Origin: Verrucomicrobiaceae bacterium
GTDB taxonomy: Bacteria; Pseudomonadota; Gammaproteobacteria; Pseudomonadales; CAMLJR01
Assembly: GCA_028293825.1 (NCBI GenBank)
Contig: JAQGNY010000015.1
Location: 10,388 to 74,387, forward strand
Direction: 5' to 3'
Length of the DNA stretch: 64,000 nucleotides
Part shown: in pieces, positions 26,673-42,577 of the stretch
Layout of the letters: every line of letters starts with the position of its first letter
Position numbering within the stretch: the first letter of the stretch is position 1
The notes under the pieces: generated by a model
The model's input: only the letters and a program-made list of their open reading frames with translations
The model's database searches: none
Told to the model about the DNA's origin: nothing
Position numbers and translations under genes: made by a program

Positions 26673-27737
26673 TTATTGATGGTACTGCGCGGAAAACTCG
26701 TGCACCGCATCGATAAAGACGCCGGCGTGCTCTGGATTCACTTCCGGCGTGATGCCGTGACCCAGATTGAAAACATGGCCGTTGCCGTTGCCGTAACTGG
26801 CGAGGATGTTTTTGACTTCTGTGCGAATACGCTCGGGATTCGCAAACAACATTTGTGGGTCCATGTTGCCTTGCAGTGCAACCCGGTCGCCGACGCGTTC
26901 GCGCGCAGCGCCGATGTCGATAGTCCAATCGAGACCGACACCTTCCGCGCCGACTGCCGCGATTTGTTCGAGCCACGGTCCGCCGTTTTTAGTGAAGACG
27001 ATCACCGGCACGCGGCGACCGTCATTTTCGCGAATCAGGCCGTCGACGATTTTCTGCATGTACGGCAGCGAAAACTCCAGATACGCGGCATGGCTCAAAG
27101 CGCCACCCCAGGTATCGAAAATCTGCACCGCTTGCGCGCCAGCGCGAATCTGGCCGTTCAAATAGGCGGTGACGCTTTGCGCGAGTTTTTCGAGCAGCGC
27201 GTGCATCACTTGCGGCTGTTCGAACGCGAGCGTTTTGGTGAAACGAAAATCTTTCGACGAGCCGCCTTCGATCATGTAAGTCGCCAGCGTCCACGGACTG
27301 CCGGAAAAACCGATCAGCGGCACGCGGCCATTTAATTCGCGGCGAATGGTGCGCACCGCATCCATCACATAACCCAAATCCTTTTCCGGATCGGGAATCG
27401 GCAGCGCATTCACATCGGCTTCGGTGCGCACGGTTTTGCGAAAACGCGGGCCTTCGCCACTTTCGAAATACAAACCCAAGCCCATCGCATCGGGCACGGT
27501 GAGAATGTCGGAAAACAGAATCGCTGCATCAAGCGCAAAGCGTTCGAGCGGCTGCATCGTCACTTCACAGGCCAATTCGGGATTGGTGCAAACGGCCATG
27601 AAATCGCCGGCTTTGGCGCGTGTGGCGCGGTACTCGGGCAGATAGCGACCGGCCTGACGCATCATCCACACCGGAGTGACATCGACGGGTTGGCGCAGCA
27701 ACGCACGCAGGAAACGATCGTTTTTTAATTCGCTCAT
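26673..27737 (-). CDS. hemE: Uroporphyrinogen decarboxylase
   Basis: [40 protein letters not shown]... is the canonical HemE N-terminus. 354 aa. Confidence 0.93.
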   Translation of the reverse strand: MSELKNDRFLRALLRQPVDVTPVWMMRQAGRYLPEYRATRAKAGDFMAVCTNPELACEVTMQPLERFALDAAILFSDILTVPDAMGLGLYFESGEGPRFRKTVRTEADVNALPIPDPEKDLGYVMDAVRTIRRELNGRVPLIGFSGSPWTLATYMIEGGSSKDFRFTKTLAFEQPQVMHALLEKLAQSVTAYLNGQIRAGAQAVQIFDTWGGALSHAAYLEFSLPYMQKIVDGLIRENDGRRVPVIVFTKNGGPWLEQIAAVGAEGVGLDWTIDIGAARERVGDRVALQGNMDPQMLFANPERIRTEVKNILASYGNGNGHVFNLGHGITPEVNPEHAGVFIDAVHEFSAQYHQ

Positions 27738-27860
27738 GGAAAATCCAGAAAAAATAAAGGCGCGTCATGCGCGCCGAGAGAATGACGCCGGGGCGCCATC
27801 ATACCTGAGCTGTCGAAAGCCCTACACCTTCAGGTTTTGGATGAGCTTATAGCGCGGCGT

Positions 27861-33858
<5,998 letters not shown>

Positions 33859-34062
33859 CACTGCATCACCCATAAAAAAATCCGGCAAATCAGAATGTTA
33901 CAACAGGCGTGCGCAGCCGCCGCAGCTACCGGCACAAGGGCCGAGCAGTTTACAGGCGGATGCGTAAGGCCACAAATTGAACAGCATCAGAAAAGCGCAT
34001 GGTTCAGCTGAATTTGACAGCAAGAATCGATCCGACAAATTGCGCGGGATTAGCGTATCGGA

Positions 34063-35607
34063 TTAGCGCTCGCTTAAATGGGCCTTAATATCGGCCTGAA
34101 CATTGCCGACGGTACGCGACCACGGCTGCTGTTTGCGCAGCGGCTCGGGCATTTTTGCGATAGCTGCTTGCACGGCAGCTTTAGAGGGGTAAGGTCCAGT
34201 GACTACGATAAACCACGGCTTGCCACGCAGCTGCGTGCGATAGGTCAGCAAATGCTGGCCTCGTCCCGCCCCCACCGCAAACTTGGCAACCGTCGAGCGC
34301 GACTCCGCGCCCAGCAATTGCAGCACGAATTGTTGTGAAGGGAGCCCCAGCAGCTCGTGCTCGTCCGCCGAAAGCGTGACAGTCGATTCTTTCTCAACCG
34401 GTGCTGTCGGCTTAGGCGCGGCAATAGCCTTAACTTCCGGTTTCGCCGGAGCCGGTTTAACTATCGGTTCAGGTGCTTTAGGTTCAGGGCGCTTGGCTGG
34501 CTCCGGTTGTTTTGGAGGCTCAGGCTGTTTTGCTGGCTCTGCGGACTTAACTGGCTCCGGATTAATGACCGGCTCTGGCTTGGCAGCTAAAGCGGGAACT
34601 TGGTCGGCGGCGCGCTCCATTCTGGTGACAGGTATATCGGCAGGCTTAGGTAAATCGGCCTCGCGAGCGCTGGGTAGAGCCAATGCCACTGAGTGTTTAT
34701 CGCCGGCTTGCGGCAGCGCCGCGACTGCCTTGGATGGATCATTCGCGGAGCTACCACCGCGGTATACAACCAGAATGATGACTATCGCCAACAATCCGGC
34801 GATCACGCTGATGTGCAGAATCGGCAGCGCTTTAATACTGCGGCTGACCGAAAAGGTTTTCGGCGCCGGCGCCAACAACTGCGGCGCTGCGGCGTGAATC
34901 GAACCAATATTGCCGGCCGTCTGCGCAAACAGCGCATCGAGCACGTCGCTGTCGAAGGGCATCGCCACCGTGCTACCTGCCGCTTGCAGCCGGGTGTGTA
35001 AATAATCGGCGGTCTCCTGCCGGTCGAGCGCAGGCAGCTGCAGAATTTCCGCGGCACCGGTATCCGCCTCCCGCCACGACACCGCGAGATCACTTTCACC
35101 GGCTAGTAATAAGCGCACGCGGCCGCCGGAACTTCGCGCCAGTGCGACGGTTTCCTCAAGCGCGGGAATGGATAATAGATGGGCCGAATCAAGCAGCACG
35201 ACAATCGGCAGCGGCTCCTCATCGCCAGCGCGATTTTGATTGAGTGCCAACACAAATGCGGCGGCGCTGGCGGATGAGTCTGTCGCCAAACCAATCGCAC
35301 TTGCCAGCAGCACGCGAATTTGGGTGCTATCCATCAGCACGGTCGCTTCAATGCGACATAGATCCGCGATGTCGCGCAGCTCCGCGCTAATTTCGTCGAG
35401 CCAGCGCGATTTACCAGCGCCTCGGTCGCCAACGGCTAAGACAATTCCGCCGGAAAAATACAACGTGTGAACTGCGCGCTGCGCTAAATAGCGGCGCTGT
35501 CCGCCGACAAAAAAGAACGCCGGCATGACGCCATCGGCAAACGGATCGAACGCCAAGCCCAGCGACTCGAAGCAATTATCTGCGACAGGTGCGTTGAGCG
35601 GCCCCAT
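34063..35607 (-). CDS. ExeA-like AAA ATPase fused, via a TM helix and Pro-rich linker, to a DamX-like SPOR peptidoglycan-binding domain
   Basis: Walker A GDRGAGKS (aa 60-67) and a TM helix at aa 261-282. The C-terminus QFVLQLLGAES...GKPWFIVVTGPYPSKAAVQAAIAKMPEPLRKQQPWSRTVGNVQADIK resembles the E. coli DamX SPOR end (...PWAKPLRQVQADLK). It occupies the slot downstream of aroK-aroB, like damX in E. coli and PA5037 in P. aeruginosa. Confidence 0.75.
   Translation of the reverse strand: MGPLNAPVADNCFESLGLAFDPFADGVMPAFFFVGGQRRYLAQRAVHTLYFSGGIVLAVGDRGAGKSRWLDEISAELRDIADLCRIEATVLMDSTQIRVLLASAIGLATDSSASAAAFVLALNQNRAGDEEPLPIVVLLDSAHLLSIPALEETVALARSSGGRVRLLLAGESDLAVSWREADTGAAEILQLPALDRQETADYLHTRLQAAGSTVAMPFDSDVLDALFAQTAGNIGSIHAAAPQLLAPAPKTFSVSRSIKALPILHISVIAGLLAIVIILVVYRGGSSANDPSKAVAALPQAGDKHSVALALPSAREADLPKPADIPVTRMERAADQVPALAAKPEPVINPEPVKSAEPAKQPEPPKQPEPAKRPEPKAPEPIVKPAPAKPEVKAIAAPKPTAPVEKESTVTLSADEHELLGLPSQQFVLQLLGAESRSTVAKFAVGAGRGQHLLTYRTQLRGKPWFIVVTGPYPSKAAVQAAIAKMPEPLRKQQPWSRTVGNVQADIKAHLSER
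34396..34581 (-). repeat. Degenerate PEP(x)K-type proline-rich tandem repeats within the AAA/SPOR gene
   Basis: Encodes KPEPVINPEPVKSAEPAKQPEPPKQPEPAKRPEPKAPEPIVKPAPAKPEVKAIAAPKPTAPV. At DNA level it shows iterated GGCTC(C/A/T)GG units. Confidence 0.7.
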
Positions 35608-35639
35608 CCATTTCTCCTACAGTTTTTAACGAATTGAAA

Positions 35640-36716
35640 TCAGGCTGCGGCAGCGATACACGCCTTCAGCTCATTTAAAGGAAATTCGGTAGTAACAACG
35701 GCTGATCCAATTTCACGCAGCAATACCAACCGCAGCTGACCGTCGAGCACTTTTTTATCGACCGCCATTAATTGCAGAAACTGCTGCACGTCCATTCCCT
35801 TCGGTGCGGCAATCGGCAACCGTGCGCGCTGCAACAATTCACGCAACATATCGACTTCGCCAGATTTGATCCAACCCAATCGAGCCGACAAATCCGCCGC
35901 CATCAACATACCCACCGCAACCGCTTCACCGTGCAGCCAATTGCCATAACCTTGTGCTGTTTCGATCGCGTGGCCGAACGTATGACCAAGGTTGAGAATT
36001 GCGCGCAAACCGCCTTCGCGCTCGTCGGCAGCGACGACTTTGGCTTTGTTCACGCAGGATCGATAAATTGCTTCGCGCAGTAATTGTGGGTCGCGCGCCA
36101 TCAAACCATCCATTTCCAATTGCAACCAATGGTAAAACTCAAGATCGCAAATCAAACCGTATTTCAACACTTCGGCAATGCCAGCGGAAAATTCACGCTG
36201 CGGCAATGTTTTCAATGCATCGGTATCAGCGATAACACAACGCGGTTGATGAAATGCTCCGATCATGTTTTTGCCAAGCGGATGATTAACGCCGGTTTTG
36301 CCGCCGACAGAAGAATCCACTTGCGAAAGTAATGTGGTCGGCACCTGAATAAAATCGACACCACGCTGATAACACGCCGCCGCGAAACCGGTCATATCGC
36401 CAACCACTCCGCCACCAAGCGCGATCAATGTGGTAGTGCGATTGTGACGATGATTAAGCAATGTATCGAAGATCGAATTGAGCTCAGTAAGCGTTTTATA
36501 TTCTTCGCCATCGCGCAGCAGAACATGAATAATTTGCGCACCATTTAGTGCTTTTTCGACCGACTGAAGATAGAGCGGCGCAACCGTTTCATTACTCACG
36601 ATGCACACTTGTTTCCCGGCCAAATACGGCTTGAACAAATCCTCGCGCGCCAGTAATTGCTCGCCAATAAAAATGGGATAACTACGATCGCCAAGATCTA
36701 CGGTTAACGTCTGCAT
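35640..36716 (-). CDS. aroB: 3-dehydroquinate synthase
   Basis: 358-aa product with ...[59 protein letters not shown].... Confidence 0.93.
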   Translation of the reverse strand: MQTLTVDLGDRSYPIFIGEQLLAREDLFKPYLAGKQVCIVSNETVAPLYLQSVEKALNGAQIIHVLLRDGEEYKTLTELNSIFDTLLNHRHNRTTTLIALGGGVVGDMTGFAAACYQRGVDFIQVPTTLLSQVDSSVGGKTGVNHPLGKNMIGAFHQPRCVIADTDALKTLPQREFSAGIAEVLKYGLICDLEFYHWLQLEMDGLMARDPQLLREAIYRSCVNKAKVVAADEREGGLRAILNLGHTFGHAIETAQGYGNWLHGEAVAVGMLMAADLSARLGWIKSGEVDMLRELLQRARLPIAAPKGMDVQQFLQLMAVDKKVLDGQLRLVLLREIGSAVVTTEFPLNELKACIAAAA

Positions 36717-36797
36717 GAATATTTTTCAATAAGGGCAACAGCGCTGCACGATAGCGCGGCGTTGCGGCCAAGGCAATGTAAGGCGTTTTATAAACGA

Positions 36798-37316
36798 TTA
36801 GCGCGCGCGAAGTTGTTCGGCAATATCTTGCGCTACTGCTTTCGGACCGCGACCATCGGTGTCGACAATAATATCCGCAACATCGCGATACAGCGGCTCT
36901 CGAATAAGCATAAGTTCTGCGAGCACACGGGCAGGATCGTCGTTTTGCAGAAGCGGGCGTTTGCGATCGCGACCAGTGCGCCGCACTTGCTCATCGACCG
37001 ATGTGTGCAAATAAATTACAGCGCCGGTAGCGGCCATCATCTGACGGTTTTCGATCGATAACACCGCTCCACCGCCAGTTGAAATAAGTACGCGATCAAG
37101 CAAACTTAATTCGGCCAGCGCCGCCGACTCGCGGATGCGAAACCCAGGCTCACCCTCACGGTCAAATATCCAAGGAATATCGACGCCGCTGCGAGTTTCG
37201 ATTTCACGATCGACATCGATAAACTCTAAGGCCAACTCGTCGGCTAAAAGCTTTCCGATAGTAGTCTTGCCGGCCCCCATGGGACCGACAAGATAGAGTC
37301 TATTTACCGCTGACAT
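36798..37316 (-). CDS. aroK: Shikimate kinase
   Basis: LYLVGPMGAGKTTIGKLLA (P-loop) ...STGGGAV.... 172 aa. Confidence 0.93.
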   Translation of the reverse strand: MSAVNRLYLVGPMGAGKTTIGKLLADELALEFIDVDREIETRSGVDIPWIFDREGEPGFRIRESAALAELSLLDRVLISTGGGAVLSIENRQMMAATGAVIYLHTSVDEQVRRTGRDRKRPLLQNDDPARVLAELMLIREPLYRDVADIIVDTDGRGPKAVAQDIAEQLRAR

Positions 37317-37327
37317 TTATGGAAGAG

Positions 37328-39505
37328 TTAGTCGATTAAGGTATCCGCGAGAATGCGGGGGGTGATGAAGATTAACAGTTCGGATTTCGTTTTAATTGTG
37401 TCTTTCGAGCTGAACAGACGACCGACATAGGGCAAGTCGCCAAGGAACGGGACTTTAGATGTCGTCACAACATCGCTAGATTTAAACACGCCACCGAGCA
37501 CCACTGTTTCCCCATTGCCAACCAAAACCTGTGTTTTGATCGCATTTGTATCGATACTGGGAACGGAGCCGCCATTACCCGTTGATACGTTTTTGCCGAC
37601 GGAATCCTGGTTAATTACAAGATCCATAATGATGCGGTCATCCGGAGTAATACTTGGTGTTACATCAAGCTTGAGCACAGCTTCTTTAAAAGAAATTGTG
37701 GTCTCACCATTTGCTGCAGATTGCTGATAGGGAATTTCAGTACCCGATTTGATCGTGGCTTGCTGTTTATCACCAGTAATTACTTTCGGTTGCGATACAA
37801 CCTCTCCACGACCTTGAGATTCCTGTGCAGATAACTCCAGATCAAGCTGCACAATATTGGATACGTAACCGACAGCGAAGGAAGAGGTAGGACTGGTCGC
37901 ACCCATATTTACGTTCAATACATCAGGTATTGCAACCGGCTGGTCTGTCTTGCCACCGGCAGAGTTAGTGGCATTTGTATTGATCGCAGAGTTCACACCG
38001 CTTTGCGTGCCGCCAAAATAATAGTTTCGATTATTGCCAGTGACGATTCCGGCAGTGCCCCATTTAACCCCAATACTATTACTGAAATCGGAGTTTGCGA
38101 TTACCAGACGCGCCTCGATCAGAACCTGACGAATAGGCACATCTAACAGTTTTACGATCCGACGAAACTCTTCCAACTTCTGAGCAGTTTCAGTAACCAG
38201 CAACGAGTTAGTACGGTCGTCGACAATGACGCTGCCACGCTCAGACAGAATGCTATTCCCGGTACCTTTAGGCGCACCCTCACCTTTGCCACCGCCGCCT
38301 GTACCCGTCGGAGAAAATAGCGTAAAGAAGTCTTTTGCACGCGCATATCTGACCCGAATGTATTCAGTCTGGAGTGGCGCCAACTCTTGTACTTGACGGG
38401 TTGCTTCAATTTCTTGGCGCTCGCGCTCCGCAATTTCTGCGGATGGCGCAACCATCAAAACGTTGCCTTCTTGACGCTTATCCAGCCCTTTCGTTTTTAG
38501 GACCAACGCCAGCGCCTGATCCCAGGGAACATTCTGCAGTCGCAACGTGATGCGCCCGGTCACCGTGTCGCTGGCGACTAGGTTTAGGCCGGTAAAGTCC
38601 GCAATAATCTGCAATACCGCACGGACTTCGATGTCTTGGAAGTTAAGCGAGAGACGCTGGCCCGTGTAGGCGAATTCTTTTTTGCGGGTTTCCAACTCGT
38701 CTTTCGTCAACGGTTTAACGCTGACGACGTATTGGTTGTCCGTCTGATAAGCGAGGTAATCGTATTCCCCGGTAACTTGCAGATAAACGACAGTGCCTGC
38801 AGAAGTCGACTGCGCATCAACCATTTTGACCGGGGTAGCAAAATCGACGACATCGAATCGACGCCGCAAGTTTTCGGGCAGCGCTGCGCCTTTAAACTCC
38901 AACTTGATCCGCTGGCCTTCAACACTTGCGTTGATTTCAGTTTTTGGATCGCTGAGATCGACAATTAAACGCCCTTCGCCGACATCACCGCGCCGAAAAT
39001 CAACATTGCTGATCGAGCGCCCAACCGGTGCAGCAGAAGTGGAAGGCTTAGCCAACGCGTTAGAAACCGCATCACTGCCGCCAGCGACGGGTTTCAAATA
39101 CTCACGAGCGCCTGAATCGCCCACTTCCACAAAGAGGGTATTTCCCTCAACACGCGTTGTATACGGCGCCGGCTGTACCAAATTGAGAATCATCCGAGTA
39201 CGACCGGTCGATTCAAGAATCACTGCGCTGGATGCATTTTCGTAACCGAGCGTGTGTTTCTTTTCTTTCAGCTGAGAGGTAACGCCCGGCAGATCAAGAG
39301 CAATGCGCGCCGGCTTTTCTATGGTGTAGCCCTGCGGTGTCGGTGGCGGCGCATCGAATAGCAACTGCGCCTCAAAACTTCCCCCGGGCAGTGAGCTGAA
39401 CTTCATATCGACCAAATTGGCCGCTAAAGCGGAAGTCGTTGTGATGCACCAGACCAGCATGAGCTGGGCGCTGCGCGCGGCGACATTTGTAATGCGATTC
39501 ATCAT
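37328..39505 (-). CDS. pilQ: Type IV pilus secretin PilQ
   Basis: Start chosen at MMNRITN... (GGAG RBS, signal peptide ...TTSALA); the track ORF begins 78 nt upstream. AMIN-like N-terminal repeats are present, and the secretin C-terminal domain includes ...VPFLGDLPYVGRLFS.... Confidence 0.9.
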   Translation of the reverse strand: MMNRITNVAARSAQLMLVWCITTTSALAANLVDMKFSSLPGGSFEAQLLFDAPPPTPQGYTIEKPARIALDLPGVTSQLKEKKHTLGYENASSAVILESTGRTRMILNLVQPAPYTTRVEGNTLFVEVGDSGAREYLKPVAGGSDAVSNALAKPSTSAAPVGRSISNVDFRRGDVGEGRLIVDLSDPKTEINASVEGQRIKLEFKGAALPENLRRRFDVVDFATPVKMVDAQSTSAGTVVYLQVTGEYDYLAYQTDNQYVVSVKPLTKDELETRKKEFAYTGQRLSLNFQDIEVRAVLQIIADFTGLNLVASDTVTGRITLRLQNVPWDQALALVLKTKGLDKRQEGNVLMVAPSAEIAERERQEIEATRQVQELAPLQTEYIRVRYARAKDFFTLFSPTGTGGGGKGEGAPKGTGNSILSERGSVIVDDRTNSLLVTETAQKLEEFRRIVKLLDVPIRQVLIEARLVIANSDFSNSIGVKWGTAGIVTGNNRNYYFGGTQSGVNSAINTNATNSAGGKTDQPVAIPDVLNVNMGATSPTSSFAVGYVSNIVQLDLELSAQESQGRGEVVSQPKVITGDKQQATIKSGTEIPYQQSAANGETTISFKEAVLKLDVTPSITPDDRIIMDLVINQDSVGKNVSTGNGGSVPSIDTNAIKTQVLVGNGETVVLGGVFKSSDVVTTSKVPFLGDLPYVGRLFSSKDTIKTKSELLIFITPRILADTLID

Positions 39506-39601
39506 TTCTCCACCAGACCATTTGCCAGCGACGCCGGAGGATGGTTTGTTATGCAGATACCGGGTATCCATGAACTTCTCCACCGAATTCAGCCAATCCT
39601 G

Positions 39602-40153
39602 TTACTTAACTTTGGTTTCAACCGTTTTCAGCGGCAACTTGTGCGGGCGTTCCACCCATTCGTCAGGGCCATTGGAAACAATCTCGATTACCGAAACATA
39701 GTTTTCTGTCAGTTCCACGACATGGCCGTGGTTTTTGCCCAGATAATTGCCCATCTTGATGCGGTGAACACTGTTTTCGCTATCTTGAACGAGAGCCCAT
39801 AAGGTGCCCTCCATTTGCACAGTACCTACCATCGTCAGTGCATCGATGTTGAACTGCTCAAGAAATTCTTTGGGTCGATTGAAGTCGGGCTTCACTTTCA
39901 CCAAACGCTGCAACCGCGTAATTTCCTTAACTTCCACCGGCGGCTGGAATGGATTGCGTAAACCAGCAGCACTGTAAGCAAACGACTTATAGGCGGTGAA
40001 CGCAGGAATCGGTTGAATATGCCCAGCCGGCCGCGCCTTCACATCGGCCATATATTTATCGAGGTCGGGATAAGAACTACCACTACAGGCCGCTAGCACT
40101 AAAGCCATTGCGGAAAGGGTTCCAACGCGGAAATACATGTTCAAATTCGTCAT
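39602..40153 (-). CDS. pilP: Type IV pilus assembly lipoprotein PilP
   Basis: Lipobox LVLAAC, followed by ...RNPFQPP... and a C-terminal beta domain. Position between pilO and pilQ. Confidence 0.85.
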   Translation of the reverse strand: MTNLNMYFRVGTLSAMALVLAACSGSSYPDLDKYMADVKARPAGHIQPIPAFTAYKSFAYSAAGLRNPFQPPVEVKEITRLQRLVKVKPDFNRPKEFLEQFNIDALTMVGTVQMEGTLWALVQDSENSVHRIKMGNYLGKNHGHVVELTENYVSVIEIVSNGPDEWVERPHKLPLKTVETKVK

Positions 40154-40162
40154 GATCTTCGC

Positions 40163-40771
40163 CTACGCTCCCTTGTACCGATAGGTGCTAGCGGAGATGC
40201 TCATCGAAAGAACACCAGGCGTTTTTGGGTCCGAAGCAATTTTGAAATCGTGCAGCGTGACAATCCGCGGCAAGCCGGCAATGCCGCTGACGAAAGTACC
40301 GAAATCATGATAAGTGCCAGTAACTTCGATATTGATGGGCAGCTCGACATAAAATTCTTTAGCTTGTTCTGGCTGCAACTTAATGCTCTTAATTTCGAGC
40401 CCACTTTCCACGCCTTTATTAGTGACGTCCTCAAGTAAACCCGGTACTTCGGTATCACTCGGCAATTGACTGACCAATGCGCCAAATGACACCTCCATCT
40501 CCACCATTTGCTTGCGCAACGCATCGAGATTCGCTGCTTTGAGAGCCTTATCCTCGAATTCTTTTTTAAGGGTTAGCTCTTTACTTTCGACCTGGCCCAA
40601 CTGCTCGCGAAGATCTGAAATGTTATAGAAGTACCCGAGCACAATTAGAACTATAAAGACCAGCGTCCACGCGATCATTTTTACCGCGATGGGCCAACTG
40701 CCTATATTCTCTAAACTGAGCTCGCTGAAATCGAGTTCGCGCAGATCGCGCACCGCATCCTGAAACGCCAC
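40163..40771 (-). CDS. pilO: Type IV pilus assembly protein PilO
   Basis: 202-aa product with a single TM helix, a coiled coil and a ferredoxin-like C-terminal region. Position in pilMNOPQ. Confidence 0.85.
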   Translation of the reverse strand: MAFQDAVRDLRELDFSELSLENIGSWPIAVKMIAWTLVFIVLIVLGYFYNISDLREQLGQVESKELTLKKEFEDKALKAANLDALRKQMVEMEVSFGALVSQLPSDTEVPGLLEDVTNKGVESGLEIKSIKLQPEQAKEFYVELPINIEVTGTYHDFGTFVSGIAGLPRIVTLHDFKIASDPKTPGVLSMSISASTYRYKGA

Positions 40772-40773
40772 GA

Positions 40774-41336
40774 TTATTTATCTCCAGCTTTGACTTCGGG
40801 AGGGCTGATTTGAACGGCCATTTTGAACGCGCTGGCCTGCTCTCCGAGTTCGGCGGCCGCTTGCACCGACGTCAAATTAGGGTTTTCAAACCATTCGGAT
40901 TTATCCATCTGTCGCATCAGGCTAGAGACCCGATTGTTGGATTCCGCAACACCGGAAATTTCGATTTTTTGGCCAGTCCGCACCAACGATTGATAAAACA
41001 CACCATCGGGCAACGTCCGTACCAATTCATCGAACACGTGGACCACCAACGGCCGCGTGCCCTGCAAATCCTGAATGACTTTCATCCGATCGAGCAGCTG
41101 GCGCCGCTTGGCTTCCATTTCTTTAATTTCAGCGACCTGGCGGCTCAGCTCATCGATATTGCGTTGCAGATAGGCATTTCGATTGTTTTGATTGTCGATC
41201 CAAGAGTTGTAAACCTGGTTGGAAAGCAACAGCACGACGAAGGCAAAAACCACCGTCCCACCCATAATGACGAGGAATTCTTTTTTGAGTTCTTGTCGCC
41301 GCTCCTCGCGCCACGGCAGCAGGTTAATACGCGCCA

Positions 41337-41337
<1 letters not shown>
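40774..41337 (-). CDS. pilN: Type IV pilus assembly protein PilN
   Basis: Internal ATG at 41337 gives MARINLLPWREERR (the canonical PilN N-terminus that binds PilM). TAATG overlap with the pilM stop. Confidence 0.88.
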
Positions 41338-42431
<1,094 letters not shown>

Positions 42432-42577
42432 TTAGAGCACAATTTTACAACGTAAATTAAATACCACGACCCGGGATTACGCAAATGCCTTCCATCAAAA
42501 AAAGTGCTTATAATTTCACACTTTGATGAAGTCACTTCCGGTACGTTATCGCTAAGCCACTGGTACGATTAAAAAAT

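Noticed and set aside
34283-34897. 204-aa + strand Gly/Ser/Ala-rich ORF
   Set aside because: It is the mirror image of the Pro-rich linker of the AAA/SPOR gene on the opposite strand. The minus-strand product has a Walker A motif, a TM helix and a SPOR-like end, so that strand is the real one.
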